From the NCBI RefSeq assembly GCF_009914755.1, contig NC_060931.1: a DNA stretch of 64,000 nucleotides. One strand, written 5' to 3'. The stretch is from the human T2T-CHM13v2.0 reference genome, Homo sapiens. Below are positions 43,872 to 58,941 of the stretch, piece after piece. How positions within the stretch are numbered: position 1 is the first letter of the stretch; each line of letters begins with the position of its first letter. The position numbers and the translations under genes are program-made. The notes below the pieces were generated by a model, which saw nothing but the letters and a program-made list of their open reading frames with translations, made no database searches and was not told the origin of the DNA.

Positions 43872-45505
43872 GAAGAAGAAGAAGAATGAGGAAAGAGAGC
43901 ACTTACTGAATTGTTAGTGTTTTTGTCTCAGTATTTTAAACTTTAAACCATGCTCCATCTGAAGAACTGTTGGTTTCTGCTTATTGAAAGAGGTGAGATG
44001 ATACAGTAGAAAAGGCCTATTAAGAAAATGCAAGATTATTTCTAAATGATTTTTGAGATCTAACATTTATGTCCCCCTTTTTTTGCCTATTAATATCAAA
44101 ATTAATGTTTTCCCCTGAGCACGCACAGACTGGTAGTGGTGGGAACCTCAGAACCATGCTGGGTGGTGGGGATACCATTGAGCACCTTCCCAGATAATGG
44201 TCCAAGTGCATGGTCTGCACACATACTCTCTATGGTTTTATTTCTGAAGCCTTTGCTTCTCTGTGTTTTGCATGGAGATAATGTTACTTGAAGACCAAGT
44301 GCTGATGCTAATGGGAAGAATGACACTGCCCCCAAACAACTGCACGATATGTTTTTGTTACTTAGTGGGGCCTCATTTCTCTCCCCTTTTTAAGGAAAAA
44401 TTATCTAGAGGTAAGACTGTGGACAGTGTCAAGCCAGGTCCTGGTGTCCTGAGGTTGATCTGTTCTTGTTGACTGCCTGTCCTCAGGGAACTCTCCTAAA
44501 GCTCTTGTAATTGATCTGCTCTCTTTAGCCCCTGGCTGGATGAAAGATGTGGAGGCTGAATGTACCCTCAGAGGTAGTGTAGGCAAGAGCAGCTTTCCAC
44601 GGACTGTCAGATCTGTCCCCTCAGCCTGGAGAGCACCAGTTTATGTAGATGAAATGGTGAAGGATGCTCCCCTCGAGCCTGTAGCACCCCATTATTCCTC
44701 TTTAGCAATATTCTTGAATGGTGCTGGGTTACTAGGAAGTGTTCGAGTGTTAAAGTATCACTTAGCACCACAACTGATCCCCAGAAATTGTGTGTAAATA
44801 TATACCAGCTCTCCATGAGATGATGCCCTCACACCTCTTGTATGCCATATTCGGTTTACCTTTTTAAGAAAGAGTAAGATAAAAAGTTATGTGAGACTCT
44901 TAACGTGATTTTCTCTTCGTGAAATTGGCCTTTAGAATTATCCTTTTAGTGGAAATGTATGGAATAAAAGGTCGCAATTCAGTTGTGATTATCATTATGT
45001 TCCTGGTTTAGCCATTTAGGAGATTATTTGATGAATGCCACTTCACTAGGTACTTAGAAGTACGGCAGTGGTAGCAGGCAGACACGGTCCCAGTGGGCAA
45101 CACTGAGATGTACCCAGCAAGGAATTGGCAGGTGTGATTAGTGTTGGGATGGGGTTTGGGAAGTCTTAACAGGGCAGCCTCGGCCTATCTTGGAAATTCA
45201 GAGAAAGCATCCCTGAAAAAAGTGTTTGAGATGGAGAAAAGAGTTAGAGCTAGCTAGGCAAAGGGGGATCCCAGACACAACAAAGCCCCTCAGTGGGCGT
45301 ACACACAGCCCATTCTAAGAACGAAGAAGGCAGCATGGGCTGGCCAGACCAGGGAAAACCTTGAAAGCTGTATTGATGATATTGGCTTAATCCTGAGGGT
45401 GCAAGAGGAAACCAACGGAGAGTGATACAGTCATGGAATCGACGGGATATATGTGCTTGCTGCCATGTAGAAAGTGGGTGAAAAGGAAGAAGAGTTGTTA
45501 CAAGT

Positions 45506-45942
45506 TGTGATGATTAATATTGAGTGTCAACTTGATTGGATTGAAGGATGCAAAGTATTGATCCTGGGTGTGTCTGTGAGGGTGTTGGCAAAGGAGATTA
45601 GCATTTGAGTCAGTGGGCTGGGAAAGGCAGACCCACCCTCAATCTGGTGGGCACAATCTAATCAGCTGCCAGCGAATATAAGGCAGGCAGAAAAACGTGA
45701 AAAGGCGAGACTGGCCTGGCCTCCCAGCCTACATCTTTCTCCTATGCTGGATGCTTCCTGCCCTCGAACGTCAGACTCCAGGTTCTTCAGTTTTGGGACT
45801 TAGACTGGCTCTCCTTGCTCCTCGAGCTTGCAGATAGCCTATTGTGGGACCTTGTGATTGTGTAAGTTAATACTTAATAAACTCCCGTATATATATATAT
45901 CTCCTGTTAGTTCTGTCCTTCTAGGGAACCTTGACTAACACA
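45506..45942 (+). mobile_element. MLT2A1-like solo LTR (HERVL)
   Basis: Starts TGTGATGATTAATATTGAGTGTCAACTTGATTGGATTGAAGG, ends CTAACACA; 5-bp TSD CAAGT; TATA-like 45677; AATAAA 45876. Confidence 0.92.
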
Positions 45943-46853
45943 CAAGTATACCAGTTAGGTTAGTTAGGTTTGTTGTCGTGGTTCAGATAGTGATAGTGGC
46001 CCACTGGAGACTGGGCTGGTCGTGCGGGGAATGGAGAGAAGAATGATGCAGAGACACTGGCTTTGTAATGGACAGGTTTTGTGTTTCGATATTTGTTAAA
46101 ACTGAATGATGAGTACATGGGGTAAGTTTTACTACTCTTTCTAATTGTGAATATATTTGAATTTTTTCCACAATAAAACGTTGAAAAGAAATGGACGGGT
46201 TGTATGGATTGAGTGGATTCACAGGATTCATGAGTCGGAAAGCAGGAACTGAGTCCTGGGTGCCTGGCTCGAGCCGCTGGGTGAGTGGTGGCACTTGCCG
46301 AGAAGAGCTCCAGAGAACACAGGACTGGGGAGCAGATCAGGCCATTCGTGACATAGGCTTTGGAAATCCCATGATAGCCCAGGGCAGGCCACACGGGCTC
46401 ACCTGGGGGAAGTTTGGTGTGGATGTGAATGTGTCCGTCCTAGGTATAACAACAACTGAAATCATATAGGAGTTGAATGAGCCCTTAGGGACAAGCCCTG
46501 GGAGATGTCCTGTTTCTTACATGTGAAAAGCTCTCGTGAATACACAGAGGGTCCTGAATCAAACCCATTACTACTTTATTTTTTTAAACCTCAAACCTTT
46601 GTTCTTTGCTTTCTTGAAAAAACATCCATTTGATCCAGCTGATCTCTCTCCTCTCTGTTTTATAACCTGTCTTCGTTGTTTACCTCCTGAATGCTAAATC
46701 TACTCCCCTTTTGAACATCTTTTCTCTATTTGCTGACTAGTTCCTTAAAATTCTCTCCCGTATATTATTCTAGTGTGTTGTCTGCTTCTTGACCAGTTCC
46801 TAAATGGCTTTTCTCTGAACCTCAAATGCTAAATTCACATTTTCAAGGCCAGA

Positions 46854-47154
46854 TTTTTTTTTTTTTTTTTTTTTTGACAGAGTCTCGCACCGTCACCTGG
46901 GCTGGAATGCAGTGGCGCGATCTCGGCTCACTGCATCCTCCATCTCCCGGTTCAAGCGATTCTCCTGCCTCAGCCTCCCGAGTAGCTGGGATTATAGGCG
47001 CCTGCCACCACCCTCAGCTGATTTTTTTGTATTTTTAGTAGAGATGGGGTTTCACCATGTTGGCCAGGCTGGTCTAGAACTCCTGACGTCATGATCTGCC
47101 CGCCTACGCCTCCCAAAGTTCTGGGATTACAGGCATGAGCCACCGCGCCCGGCC
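46854..47154 (-). mobile_element. AluSg/Sc-like
   Basis: TSD aaggccag. Confidence 0.9.
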
Positions 47155-48589
47155 AAGGCCAGTGTTTTGACACTTTTCCTTTAGTAGGTTCCATGCAAGT
47201 CCTCCCATCTCACCAGCCAGACTGCTGTAGTTGAAAGAATTTTGGAATTGGAGTCTGAAGACTTCTTTACTCCTGGAGATTTGGCTTTCCATGTGAGAAG
47301 TTGTTCCTGGCATTCCTTGGGAAATTGGTATTTTTCCAAATTACAAATCTGAGGAAAAATGGCCAAAACATTTTGAGAAAATACAGAAAAGTATTATAAT
47401 TTGGAAACGTTATAGTCAACATAGAGACATCACTGGTTCAGAGGAGTCCACCAATGACAAGTCGCAAGCAAGAGCGTGAGTAAGTTGAGGCTGGCGTTTT
47501 CGGGAATGAGGGTGAAGGCGTGTGGCAGGGAAGCCGTGCAGGCCGAGTGGTCAGGCTGCCAGGTGGGCAAGGCCTTCTAAGTGTGGATCTGTAGCCCCTC
47601 TGCTGCTAAGGGTGAAGTCATTCTTGCAAATAAAATAAGTATTAATATTTATATACATAACATGCTATATATAAACCCTGTGAGGGGTCTTCCAAAAAAA
47701 TAGCAAGTTTTGGAAGCAAATTGAGTCCTTCAATTGGCAGTTGTGACACGCAGTTCTTTGTAGGGCCGTTAACTTGTTAAGGATCCTGCATGTTACCGTA
47801 TTCGAAAACTACCCAATAGCGTTTCTAGCATTTTCCAGTGTTTGAATCCTCGCTGTAGGCTGGAGCACTTTGTAAATACTGTAACAGAAGGAAGGCAGAG
47901 AGAAGAATATGTGAATGTTCTGGAATAATTTGACATGAAATCTGAAAGTGATCTAAAATCTGAATTGGCAGAAGCAATATCTATTTCAGTGACAAAACCA
48001 CAATTAGGTCAAGCAGAAAATATTTTCATTGTTTAAAAGAAGCAAGCTTATATGAAGTAAGATATGGCCCAACTTGGAGGTGCTTTTGGTTCACTCTGAA
48101 GATTAAGACCATCCAGGCAAAGTGGAAGAAGTTTCCCTACGTCTGGGATAGCCATGAAACAAAGAGCAAGGCTATCTGGTAGTGCAGTTCACGCTCTGTG
48201 TGTTTTAACATTTTTAAGATGGTAATTTTAAAATATTAAATATCTGCAATACTGCCTTTCAATATTAAGTGATTTTTATTTGGCAATTATTTTGCATTAA
48301 GTTCCCTTTTAATGTTTTCTCTTATCAAATGTTTATGTCAGGTGGAGACCATATTTATATCTTATTGAACTTAGCACAATATATTCATAATAAACCTTGC
48401 ATTTATTATATAGAGCTTTTTTTAACAGGAAACTTCTGACACTCTTAAGTGTAACCCTGTTGCAGAAAAATCATTCATCCTTACTGATACTCATTGTTAT
48501 TTAAAAACAAGTAAATCAAATGTTATAAAAAATGCAGAATAGGTAGAATTGGGAATGCTGATTTCTGGCACCTGAGCCCTGCAGATTAA

Positions 48590-49200
48590 TGTATCGTGAT
48601 GTGGAAACATGGGCGTGCCGCGGCGCCTGGATCTGTGCTTGGCTGGGGGTGACCCGGAGCTCCCTCCCACCAACCTTCCCAGCCGGGCTCCCTCGCAGCC
48701 CGGAGCCAAGCCTGTGCCTGCCACCATTTCCTGGCAGTGTGCTTAGCTGTGACAGTTTCTACGTCTGTAGAATGGGGATGAAAACAGCACCTGCTGCCCA
48801 GTGTGGGCTTTCGCGGTCTCATGAAGGGTGGTGGCGGCGTGCGCTGCATGCCTAGCAGCAGCGCTGTTTTTCTCATTAGCACTTAGCTCCGTCTCCTTTG
48901 CCTTCCATTGTCGCCGCCTTCCTTTGGCCACAGGAGCCTCTGCGGCCAGCCTTCCCGTTGCATTTCCATGTTGTTCCTTGTTCCGGGGAGGCCCCTTTGC
49001 TGCCCTGCGCCGCGCTCCGCCCCTCTTCCCGTCCTGCGATGAGGCCCTGGCCCCCGGCATCGCCACGCGGATCCGCGCCTCTGGTTTGCAGTGGGTGGGG
49101 GCCGCAGTCAGACTCCCGCCCTGAGCCCCGCTTTCCCTCGCGTTGCCTGCCCAGCCGGGCTGATGACCGACCTCGGCGGCTAAACGCCTTCTCCAGCTGA
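48590..49200. promoter_or_regulatory. Intragenic CpG-rich island in intron 9
   Basis: About 27 CpGs counted by hand in 48901-49200, high GC, GC boxes (CTCCGCCCC, CCCGCCC), sharply bounded by AT-rich DNA. Confidence 0.75.
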
Positions 49201-49349
49201 AACAGAGTCCAGAGTTCCACTGTTTAACAAGGAGGAATTGGCAAAGCAGAACTGTCACTTGGAAAATGCTGTTTTCATGATCTCTTTGAGTTTTCACTGT
49301 TTTTAATGCAAGCTCGGAATCAATATTTAGTTTTGAGTGTGGAGAATAG

Positions 49350-49673
<324 letters not shown>

Positions 49674-49696
49674 TGAGGGTTGTGACTTGCCTGTAG

Positions 49697-49855
<159 letters not shown>

Positions 49856-50075
49856 TAAATGACCCTATGTTTTCTTAGTATGCCTGTTTAAAATCTCAGC
49901 TTTTATATGAGGAATTAAAACCTACATTACATTTTACATACATTAAATTGGAATTTTTGTACCTTATGAGAAAAATGCTTAAACATAATCGTCCTTGCCG
50001 TTGAAAATCTGCATTCCCTCCCACTGGCTGTTTTTCAAACAGAAATGTCTCAATGTATTGTGGGACTTTGGTTAT

Positions 50076-50168
50076 TCTCCATCCAAGCACTAACCAGGCC
50101 CCACCCTGTTCGCTTCTGAGATCAGACAAGATCGGGCACGTTCAGTTCAGAGTGGTATGGCCGTAGAT
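50076..50168 (-). pseudogene. 5S rRNA retropseudogene, 3'-truncated (about nt 1-90), tailless
   Basis: Reverse complement reads ATCTACGGCCATACCACTCTGAAC(TGAAC)GTGCCCGATCTTGTCTGATCTCAGAAGC...CCTGGTTAGTGCTTGGATGGAGA. Flanking repeat ctttg(g)ttattct. Confidence 0.93.
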
Positions 50169-51140
50169 TGCCTTTGTTATTCTGTGTAGTTTTAAATTTA
50201 TTTTTGTTAGATGAGTTTTTGTTGCTGTTTCATATTCTTTACTTTTGAATCTTATTTCTCAATTGATGTTTTCTAATCAATTTATGTGTATTAAGATCTG
50301 GAAGCAATATAATATATAGCTTTCTCCTCTGCGTGTGTTTTTTGAAGTTCTCATTGAGTTTTTTGTTTGTGTGTTCTGGTTTTTCTCAGCTTCTCTTTCA
50401 CTTTAAGTTTCCTTCAGTTTAGAAATGCTCTATTTCAGATATCACAACAATAAGTTTTAAAGATTTTAATGAAGGAAGCTAATCTCCTTCTGGCTTTCTG
50501 TTGCAATAGTTTTCCACACGCCAAAATTATATTGGTTTTGATATTAATAAATTATATTTTAAACAGCTCTTGAAGGCTAGCATAACCCCGATACAAAAAA
50601 GACCGAGAAATACCCACATACCAGAATGAAAAGACTACAAACAAGTGTCACTTGAGAATAGAGTTGTAGAAATCTTAAGTAAAATATTAACAAGCCAGAT
50701 TTCCCAGTGAACTAAATAATAATTCTTCAAAACATAGTATAGCTTTCTAGGAACATAAGGATAACCCAGCAGTACCAAGTCTGATGTAATTTACTACATT
50801 AACAGAGAACCATGTACCAACTATGTGACCTTTTTGGTAAATGATGGGAAAACATTTGATGAAGGTCAATAGCTTTCTCTTAACGCAGTTTACCCAAGGC
50901 CAGTGAGAAACTCTGAGTGTTTGATTTTTTTTTCCTGTTTATTGCAATAAACAGGAGTATTTATTCCTGGTTTAATGTGTAATTTAACAATTGCGATCAG
51001 ATCCTCTCCAGAAATGAGAGGGGACTTTAAATTGGAAGGCCTCTGATGACTTGGTTTCATTTTAGGGGGCTGCATGTTATGACTATGGAGATACTCCACT
51101 GGGTCTTCATTCAGTTTGTTTGACAGAACACTTAGTGTCC

Positions 51141-51438
<298 letters not shown>

Positions 51439-52324
51439 TAGTGTCCTTTTTATCCTTTGTCTTTTCATAAATGTCCCTCGTCAAGTCTACTGATACTAGT
51501 TAAGGCCACTGATGCAGACAGAATGGCAGAGACATTTCCACAGCACCTCTTTAATGAGCGTGTGTTGGGTGAGTGGAGTCAGGGAGGCACTAAGTTAAAC
51601 TGCTCCAAGGGAAGAGGAACACCCCTGACCCAAGAGTGCCAAGAATAGGGTTGGGTTTTCTGAACCAACTTTTCTAAAGTTGGAGACACCTCTTCAGAGT
51701 TTCTGTGGTGGCTGATTCGTTTTATATGAATTAGGGGGTCTTGTTTATAAAGCAGTCTTGTAGAAAAGACCTGTACAAAAATTCATCTACCTTTAATTCA
51801 CCTTTGAATTATTATTTGTTCATAGAATGAATCAGTTGTTAAAGGACAATCATCTCTTGTATATACAACTACAGAGGGCAGCAGTTTAGTAGGAATTTAA
51901 ACCCCTTCATCATCTTTAATGACTGGGCCATGAAAGGGAATCTATGTGCCTTTTTATTTCTCCAAAGTTAAATTACAGCAGACTAGAAAGCAATTGGTAA
52001 AGTGAATTTCCTTTACTGAAGTTTAAGTGGATTATCTTAAAGGCAAACTTCTTCAGAATGTTTTTGGAAATGTTTTATAAATATCTCCTGTTGGTTTTCA
52101 CCTTGGATATTCTAAATGACTACTTCATAATCTGTTCTTCAGTGTTGAGGTTACAGTATGAGATTGCCAGTTTGCTGTAGGTAAGGAAAGTCAACCTTCC
52201 CTCTTCCTCTGCACTAATCTGATGAGAACTGATCTTTTGAATGCTTGAAGCTGCATTCTGGCTAAGTGGTGCTTGTTTAAACGTACTGATGTTTTAAAAC
52301 ATGGTATCTTTTTAAAATTTTCAG

Positions 52325-52373
52325 TTCCAAGAACCCAGAGGAGGCAGAACTAGAAGACACACTCAATCAAGTG
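52325..52373 (+). CDS. CUL1: CUL1 exon 12 (49 nt; SKNPEEAELEDTLNQV)
   Basis: ttttcag|T TCC ... GTG|gtaagt. Confidence 0.97.
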
Positions 52374-52576
52374 GTAAGTGCTTCATGAGCATACCCATTT
52401 CCAGTAGCTGTGTATTTCACAAGCTGTTTGTAATGTTATTTGTAGATGGCCTCTGAAATGTGAAAAGTAATAATCATTGATTTTATTTTGAATCTCTGGT
52501 TTTACTTCCTAAATTGAGTTACTACTTTTAGCATTCATACTTTTCTCATTAATACTCAGTCAGTCCAACTCACTGA

Positions 52577-52912
<336 letters not shown>

Positions 52913-52954
52913 TGAAAAATCCCAGCTTCTGAGTCATTATTAAAACAGCTCTAT

Positions 52955-53255
<301 letters not shown>

Positions 53256-53675
53256 TTAGTCTCTCCAGGTTATGAGGCAGGCAGAGGAGTTTGTGCAGTG
53301 GTTTGTACAAGAAGCTCTGCCACTGCTCTTCTGAAAGCCTCCCACAACTATCACTCTACTCTCGTTGGGCCCCGGTGCCTTCCCAACCCCTTCCCCACCC
53401 CACTGTGGGGCTTCCATCCTACCCAGGCCTGGCTGGGCTCAGCTCACCATCTGTGGGGCCTCTCCTGCCTCCCACACCTTTAGCCTTGCAGCACATTCAC
53501 ACTTCCACACTGTGCTGGCCTGGAGCTGAGTGGAGGTTTTGTTTGCTCTGGGCTTGGTTACTTTGCTGTCACGCAGCCCTTCCTCTGCCACCTCCTTTGC
53601 GTGCCTGTGTGTCGGCGCTGTCGAGTGCTCTTATCTGACTTGGGACATACTTTACTTTGGCCCCAAATTATGTAG

Positions 53676-54016
53676 GTATCTTTGTCAGCGTGGGCTGCCA
53701 TGACGGAATACCATAGACCAGGTAGCTTAAACAACAGAAATAGTTTCTCACAATTCTGGGGGCCACAAGTCCGAGATCAGGGTGCCAGCTGATTCGGTTC
53801 CTGGTGCAGGCCCTCTTCCTGCTTTGTAGGCAGCCACCTTCTTGCAGTGCCTCACGTGTCAGAGAGAGAGTGCAGAGCTCTTGCACATCTCTTACAAGCA
53901 CACCAATCCCATTGTGAGGCCCCATGCTCAAGACCGCATACCTCCACACAGCATCACGTTGGAGGTTTGGGCTTCAACATAGGGATTTTGGGGGCACACA
54001 GTTCAGCTTCTGGTAA
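53676..54016 (-). mobile_element. MLT1A0-like MaLR LTR
   Basis: gggctgccat...ttaaacaacagaaat...tctcacaattctgg...gggcttcaacat; MaLR motifs, ends approximate. Confidence 0.75.
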
Positions 54017-54330
54017 GAGATAGAGACAGATTATTTCATCATTGTATTCTACCAGTGTCAGGACACCTTGCTCTTAAATGCTCACAAATTGTGTATGAAT
54101 TGTGTGTGTGAACACTTCACTGTGCAACATAGAGTTGTGGGGTTTTTTGACAGTGTATTAATATTAATCCATGCATATTTGTACTGTAAAATATAGCAAA
54201 ATGTTACTAGCTTTGCTAGTAGTTCCATATAATTAAGTATATATTGTATACTCTGATTTCTCTAAGATTCCCTTGTATACATTTGTATTTTTGTACAAAT
54301 TAATAAGACAGTCATCTGGGTTCTTCTCAG

Positions 54331-54448
54331 CAAGCTTGCGGGTTCGAGTACACCTCTAAACTTCAGCGCATGTTTCAAGACATTGGCGTGAGCAAAGATC
54401 TGAACGAGCAATTCAAAAAGCACTTGACAAACTCAGAACCCCTAGACT
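54331..54448 (+). CDS. CUL1: CUL1 exon 14 (118 nt; [18 protein letters not shown]...SEPLD)
   Basis: ttctcag|CAA ... GAC T|gtgagt. Confidence 0.97.
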
Positions 54449-55480
54449 GTGAGTATCCGTGTGTCTCTATGTTGTGTTTACAGGCAGAGTTCTCTGTAGC
54501 AAATGAAGAAATGACAAAATATTAGGTGAAGATGGGAGGGGCTTTGTCAGAAATTCAAGAACTAAGAAGCGGGAGATTCCTCCCAAATGCCCAGCCCTCC
54601 TCCCCCGACTCCCGTGTGACATTAGGAGATGACAACCCTTGAAGTGGTGTCAGCTCTACTGGGGCAAGGTCACCACCTGTTGGGATCTGGGGAGGGACTC
54701 ACAGGCGTGGTTTTGTCTTGTAAACCTTAGCTTGGATCCATTCTAGCATTTATTTTAATGTTCACTTGGCCTGCATAGGTAACAGTCAAGCTAAAGACCT
54801 GTGGCTTCAGACTGGGATTAGGGATCAGTACAGGCAGGTGCAGGTGATTCAGTTCTCCAGGAGAGGCAGCTGGGCTGGTATTTTAGGGCCTTGCATAGTA
54901 GTAGGATGGCGGATTTATGCTTACATCATCTTTTGATCATCTTTGTCTTTTTAAATGAAAAATGGAGAATTTTATTTTTCCCAAATCAGAATGACAATTC
55001 TATTGTAAAACTGGACAGTTTTGCCAGTGGGCTTTTTAACTATCTGCGAAGATGAAATTACTGTTATAATTTATAGACCATGTGTGGCGTTTCCCAGTAA
55101 TAAGTGAAACATACACTATAATGAAGTTAGCGGTTTTCTCCTGCTTGTGAGTTTGCATGAGTCTGGGGCTGTGATGATGCCGGGCCTGGCAAGCACAGGC
55201 GTGGCTTGAGTGGACTGAGTGATTCAGGACAGAAAAGGAAAGCAAGGGAAGCAGGGCAGGCGTGTGACAGCAGAATTCCGAGGTGGAAGCAAAATGAAGA
55301 CTCTCACTCTTTGGAAGAAAAGAGTATCTGGCTCTTGCACTTTTTGCTAATTTTAATTGAATAAAATGTTCAATTCTTAATTTTATATTCAAGCAGGATT
55401 TTTATTTAATGTGCTTTTTAATAAAGAGCAATCCACATTCATCTGAAATGATTGAATTTTTCAGTTTATAAACTAATTAA

Positions 55481-55843
<363 letters not shown>

Positions 55844-56083
55844 TAGTTGTGTAATGAACACCTCGATGGACCTGCTGGTCTTGAAGTACAAACCTTTTTT
55901 AAGATTGTACCTTCCAGTGCTTAAAGTGCTTTACAAGAGAGGCAGACACCTGGCGTTTGTATTTTACTTTTATGTAAGCACTGACTTTGTACTGTAAGCT
56001 TGGAACAGTGGGCTTTACTTAGAAACGCTGCCTGTAGGATGTGGTGAGATCTGTATTCCATATAATGCTGTCCTTTTATCTAG

Positions 56084-56215
56084 TTGGAACGTAGTTATCA
56101 GCGATTCACAGCTTTCTACGCCAGCCGCCACAGTGGCCGAAAATTGACGTGGTTATATCAGTTGTCTAAAGGAGAATTGGTAACTAACTGCTTCAAAAAC
56201 AGATATACTTTGCAG
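56084..56215 (+). CDS. CUL1: CUL1 exon 16 (132 nt; [23 protein letters not shown]...RYTLQ)
   Basis: ttatctag|TTG ... CAG|gtaaga. Confidence 0.97.
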
Positions 56216-56329
56216 GTAAGATCACATTTTTATCTTAAAATTTTTCTATTCTAAATGAACATAAGGCAAATTATGGAAATCATTATCAGCTGACTCAGCA
56301 GCAGAATCTAGAATTCAGCTTCTGGTGAA

Positions 56330-56540
56330 ATAGTGGCAGGTTTAAAGCATGGAGTTGTAAGAATCAGATGAACCAAATTCCAATTCTTTCTGGCTGGGGA
56401 GCAAGTTATTTAATGATTGTGAGCCTCAGTTTTCTCCTCCATTAATGGGAGTGTTAGTACTTTATAGTTGGGAATTGATGTGAAAATTAAATAATGTATT
56501 TAGTAAGTGTTTGGCACCGCTCCTGCCTGACACACATCAG
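56330..56540 (+). mobile_element. MIR fragment
   Basis: gcaagttatttaa...gagcctcagttttctc...aatggga core. Confidence 0.6.
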
Positions 56541-56812
56541 CTGTTCAGGTAGTGACTTCAAAAGCTGGAGTTGCATGCATTTCATTATATCAGCTCTCCA
56601 CCTTACACAGAGCACTTTCACATTAATAACACTCAGTGCTGACAACAATATTGAGTACAACCTAATTTATACCTATGTAACTAAGAATATTTCCATTTCT
56701 TAGAGGAGAAAACTGAGGCTTGGGTTAATTTAAGTGAATTTCTCTGAATCCTAGCTTATATGTAGCTGAGCCAAAATTTCAGTTAAAGTCTTTTCTCTTA
56801 AAGTCTAGGCTT

Positions 56813-56959
56813 GGGCTGGTGTGGTGGCTCACGCTTGTAATCCTCACGCTTTGGGAGGCTGAGACCAGAGAATCACTTGAGGCTAGGAGTTTGAGACAAG
56901 CCTGGACAACATAGCAAGACCCCATCTCTAGATATTTTTTAAAGTAAAAAGAAAAAAAA
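56813..56959 (+). mobile_element. FLAM_C-like
   Basis: Monomer consensus. Confidence 0.8.
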
Positions 56960-57681
56960 GTCCAAGCTCTTTCTACTTCCACTTTTGTACTGAGTGGTCT
57001 TCACAAGTAATGGCATATTTTAGTCTCTGAGAAGTTTTCACCAGTGAGTTTCTAAGAAGAATTGCAAATCTGTGTTTAAGTATTAAGAAACTCCAGAATG
57101 GGTTGTTCTGCAGACTCAAGCTGCTCATTAATTTAAACTTTTCGTAAATCTACTGTGACTTAAAATTGTTAAAATGCATAGTATTATGCTGGCTCCAGAG
57201 GTCTTTATCAACTTGAATGTTTCTTACTATACAATTGAAATTTTGTTTCATTTATCCCCAAATATACATAGAAGAATCCATGTGTTCCACTACAGTACCT
57301 GGAATTTCAGTGTCCAGTTTTTGACGGTGGAGGCTTTGCCTAGGGTGTGTCTGCCGTGTTAAGGCAGCCCGGAGCGGGCCCAATAGAAAACATTAGCAAC
57401 ACGCTCGTTCCCTTGTATCTCTGTTCAAGGCCCTGGAAGCAGTGTTGTCTGTGGGCCGCCCTGAAACAGGCATGTGGCGTTTTTTGTTTCTCTTTCCATT
57501 GACCAAGGTCTTGCCGAGAGGCAAGCAGTGACTGACAGTCATGGGTCATTACTTGTTGCTGTCGATTATGCAAGAAAACAGGGAGAAGAGAAGGAAGGCG
57601 TCCTCGGGGTGTTCATTCGCTTGCACACACTCAGCAATCAGGAACCAACACGTGCTACCTGTCTTTTAGAAGATACTTTAG

Positions 57682-58009
<328 letters not shown>

Positions 58010-58499
58010 TTACTTTTTTCATACTTTCATAGTAAAGTACTTAGGATTAGAAAACCAAATATAATTTGATATTTGTGTTGTTTTACATCAATAATGTGCC
58101 AAAAGATAATATTCCTTAGCTCATGTGCCAAAAACAGATTTGGAGATTGATGCTTAACATGTCCATATATACCAGGTGTGTGTATATGTGATTGTCTCTA
58201 TAAATGCGTGGGGACGTATCTATAGTATGTATCCACATAGACAATACGTTTTTTAAAAAAAACCCTCAAATTATTTTAATGTTTGTAAACATGGAAAATG
58301 AATGACTTTGGGAAAATGTTGCATTGTAGTGGCATTGCCACGTTTTATATTCCCTTTTAAATAGATCTGTGCTTTTTTTGTACTTGTTTAAAGAATTTGT
58401 TTCATAAATAAGTTCTTCAAACTTGGGCTGTATATTTTGGGAGGTGTTTCCATGCATGTAAATTTTCCTTCTTTTTCTTTTATATGGGGGGCCGCAAAG

Positions 58500-58592
58500 G
58501 CGTCGACATTCCAGATGGCTATCCTGCTTCAGTACAACACGGAAGATGCCTACACTGTGCAGCAGCTGACCGACAGCACTCAAATTAAAATG
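58500..58592 (+). CDS. CUL1: CUL1 exon 17 (93 nt; [13 protein letters not shown]...TQIKM)
   Basis: ccgcaaag|GCG ... ATG|gtattc. Confidence 0.96.
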
Positions 58593-58773
58593 GTATTCTC
58601 ATCTCAGGCTCGTTGTTCTATCAGCTTGCCGTTTCCTTGTTCTCGTGGATATTGTTAGGAAAGATAAGGAAGAGGATATGGGCATCTTTAATTTGAAATA
58701 GATGTTTGCCTCATGAATATGAATATGGCCTTATTCCAGGATTTTAATACGCACTACAAAAAGCTTCATGTTA

Positions 58774-58941
<168 letters not shown>

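Noticed and set aside
43871-43886. (GAA)5 arising from an Alu A tail as a repeat-expansion locus
   Set aside because: Short and very common; no evidence of instability.
54453-54460. GTATCCGT just downstream of the exon 14 donor, suggesting a U12 donor
   Set aside because: The reading frame requires the U2 donor GTGAGT at 54449, the +7 position mismatches, and there is no U12 branch point at exon 15.
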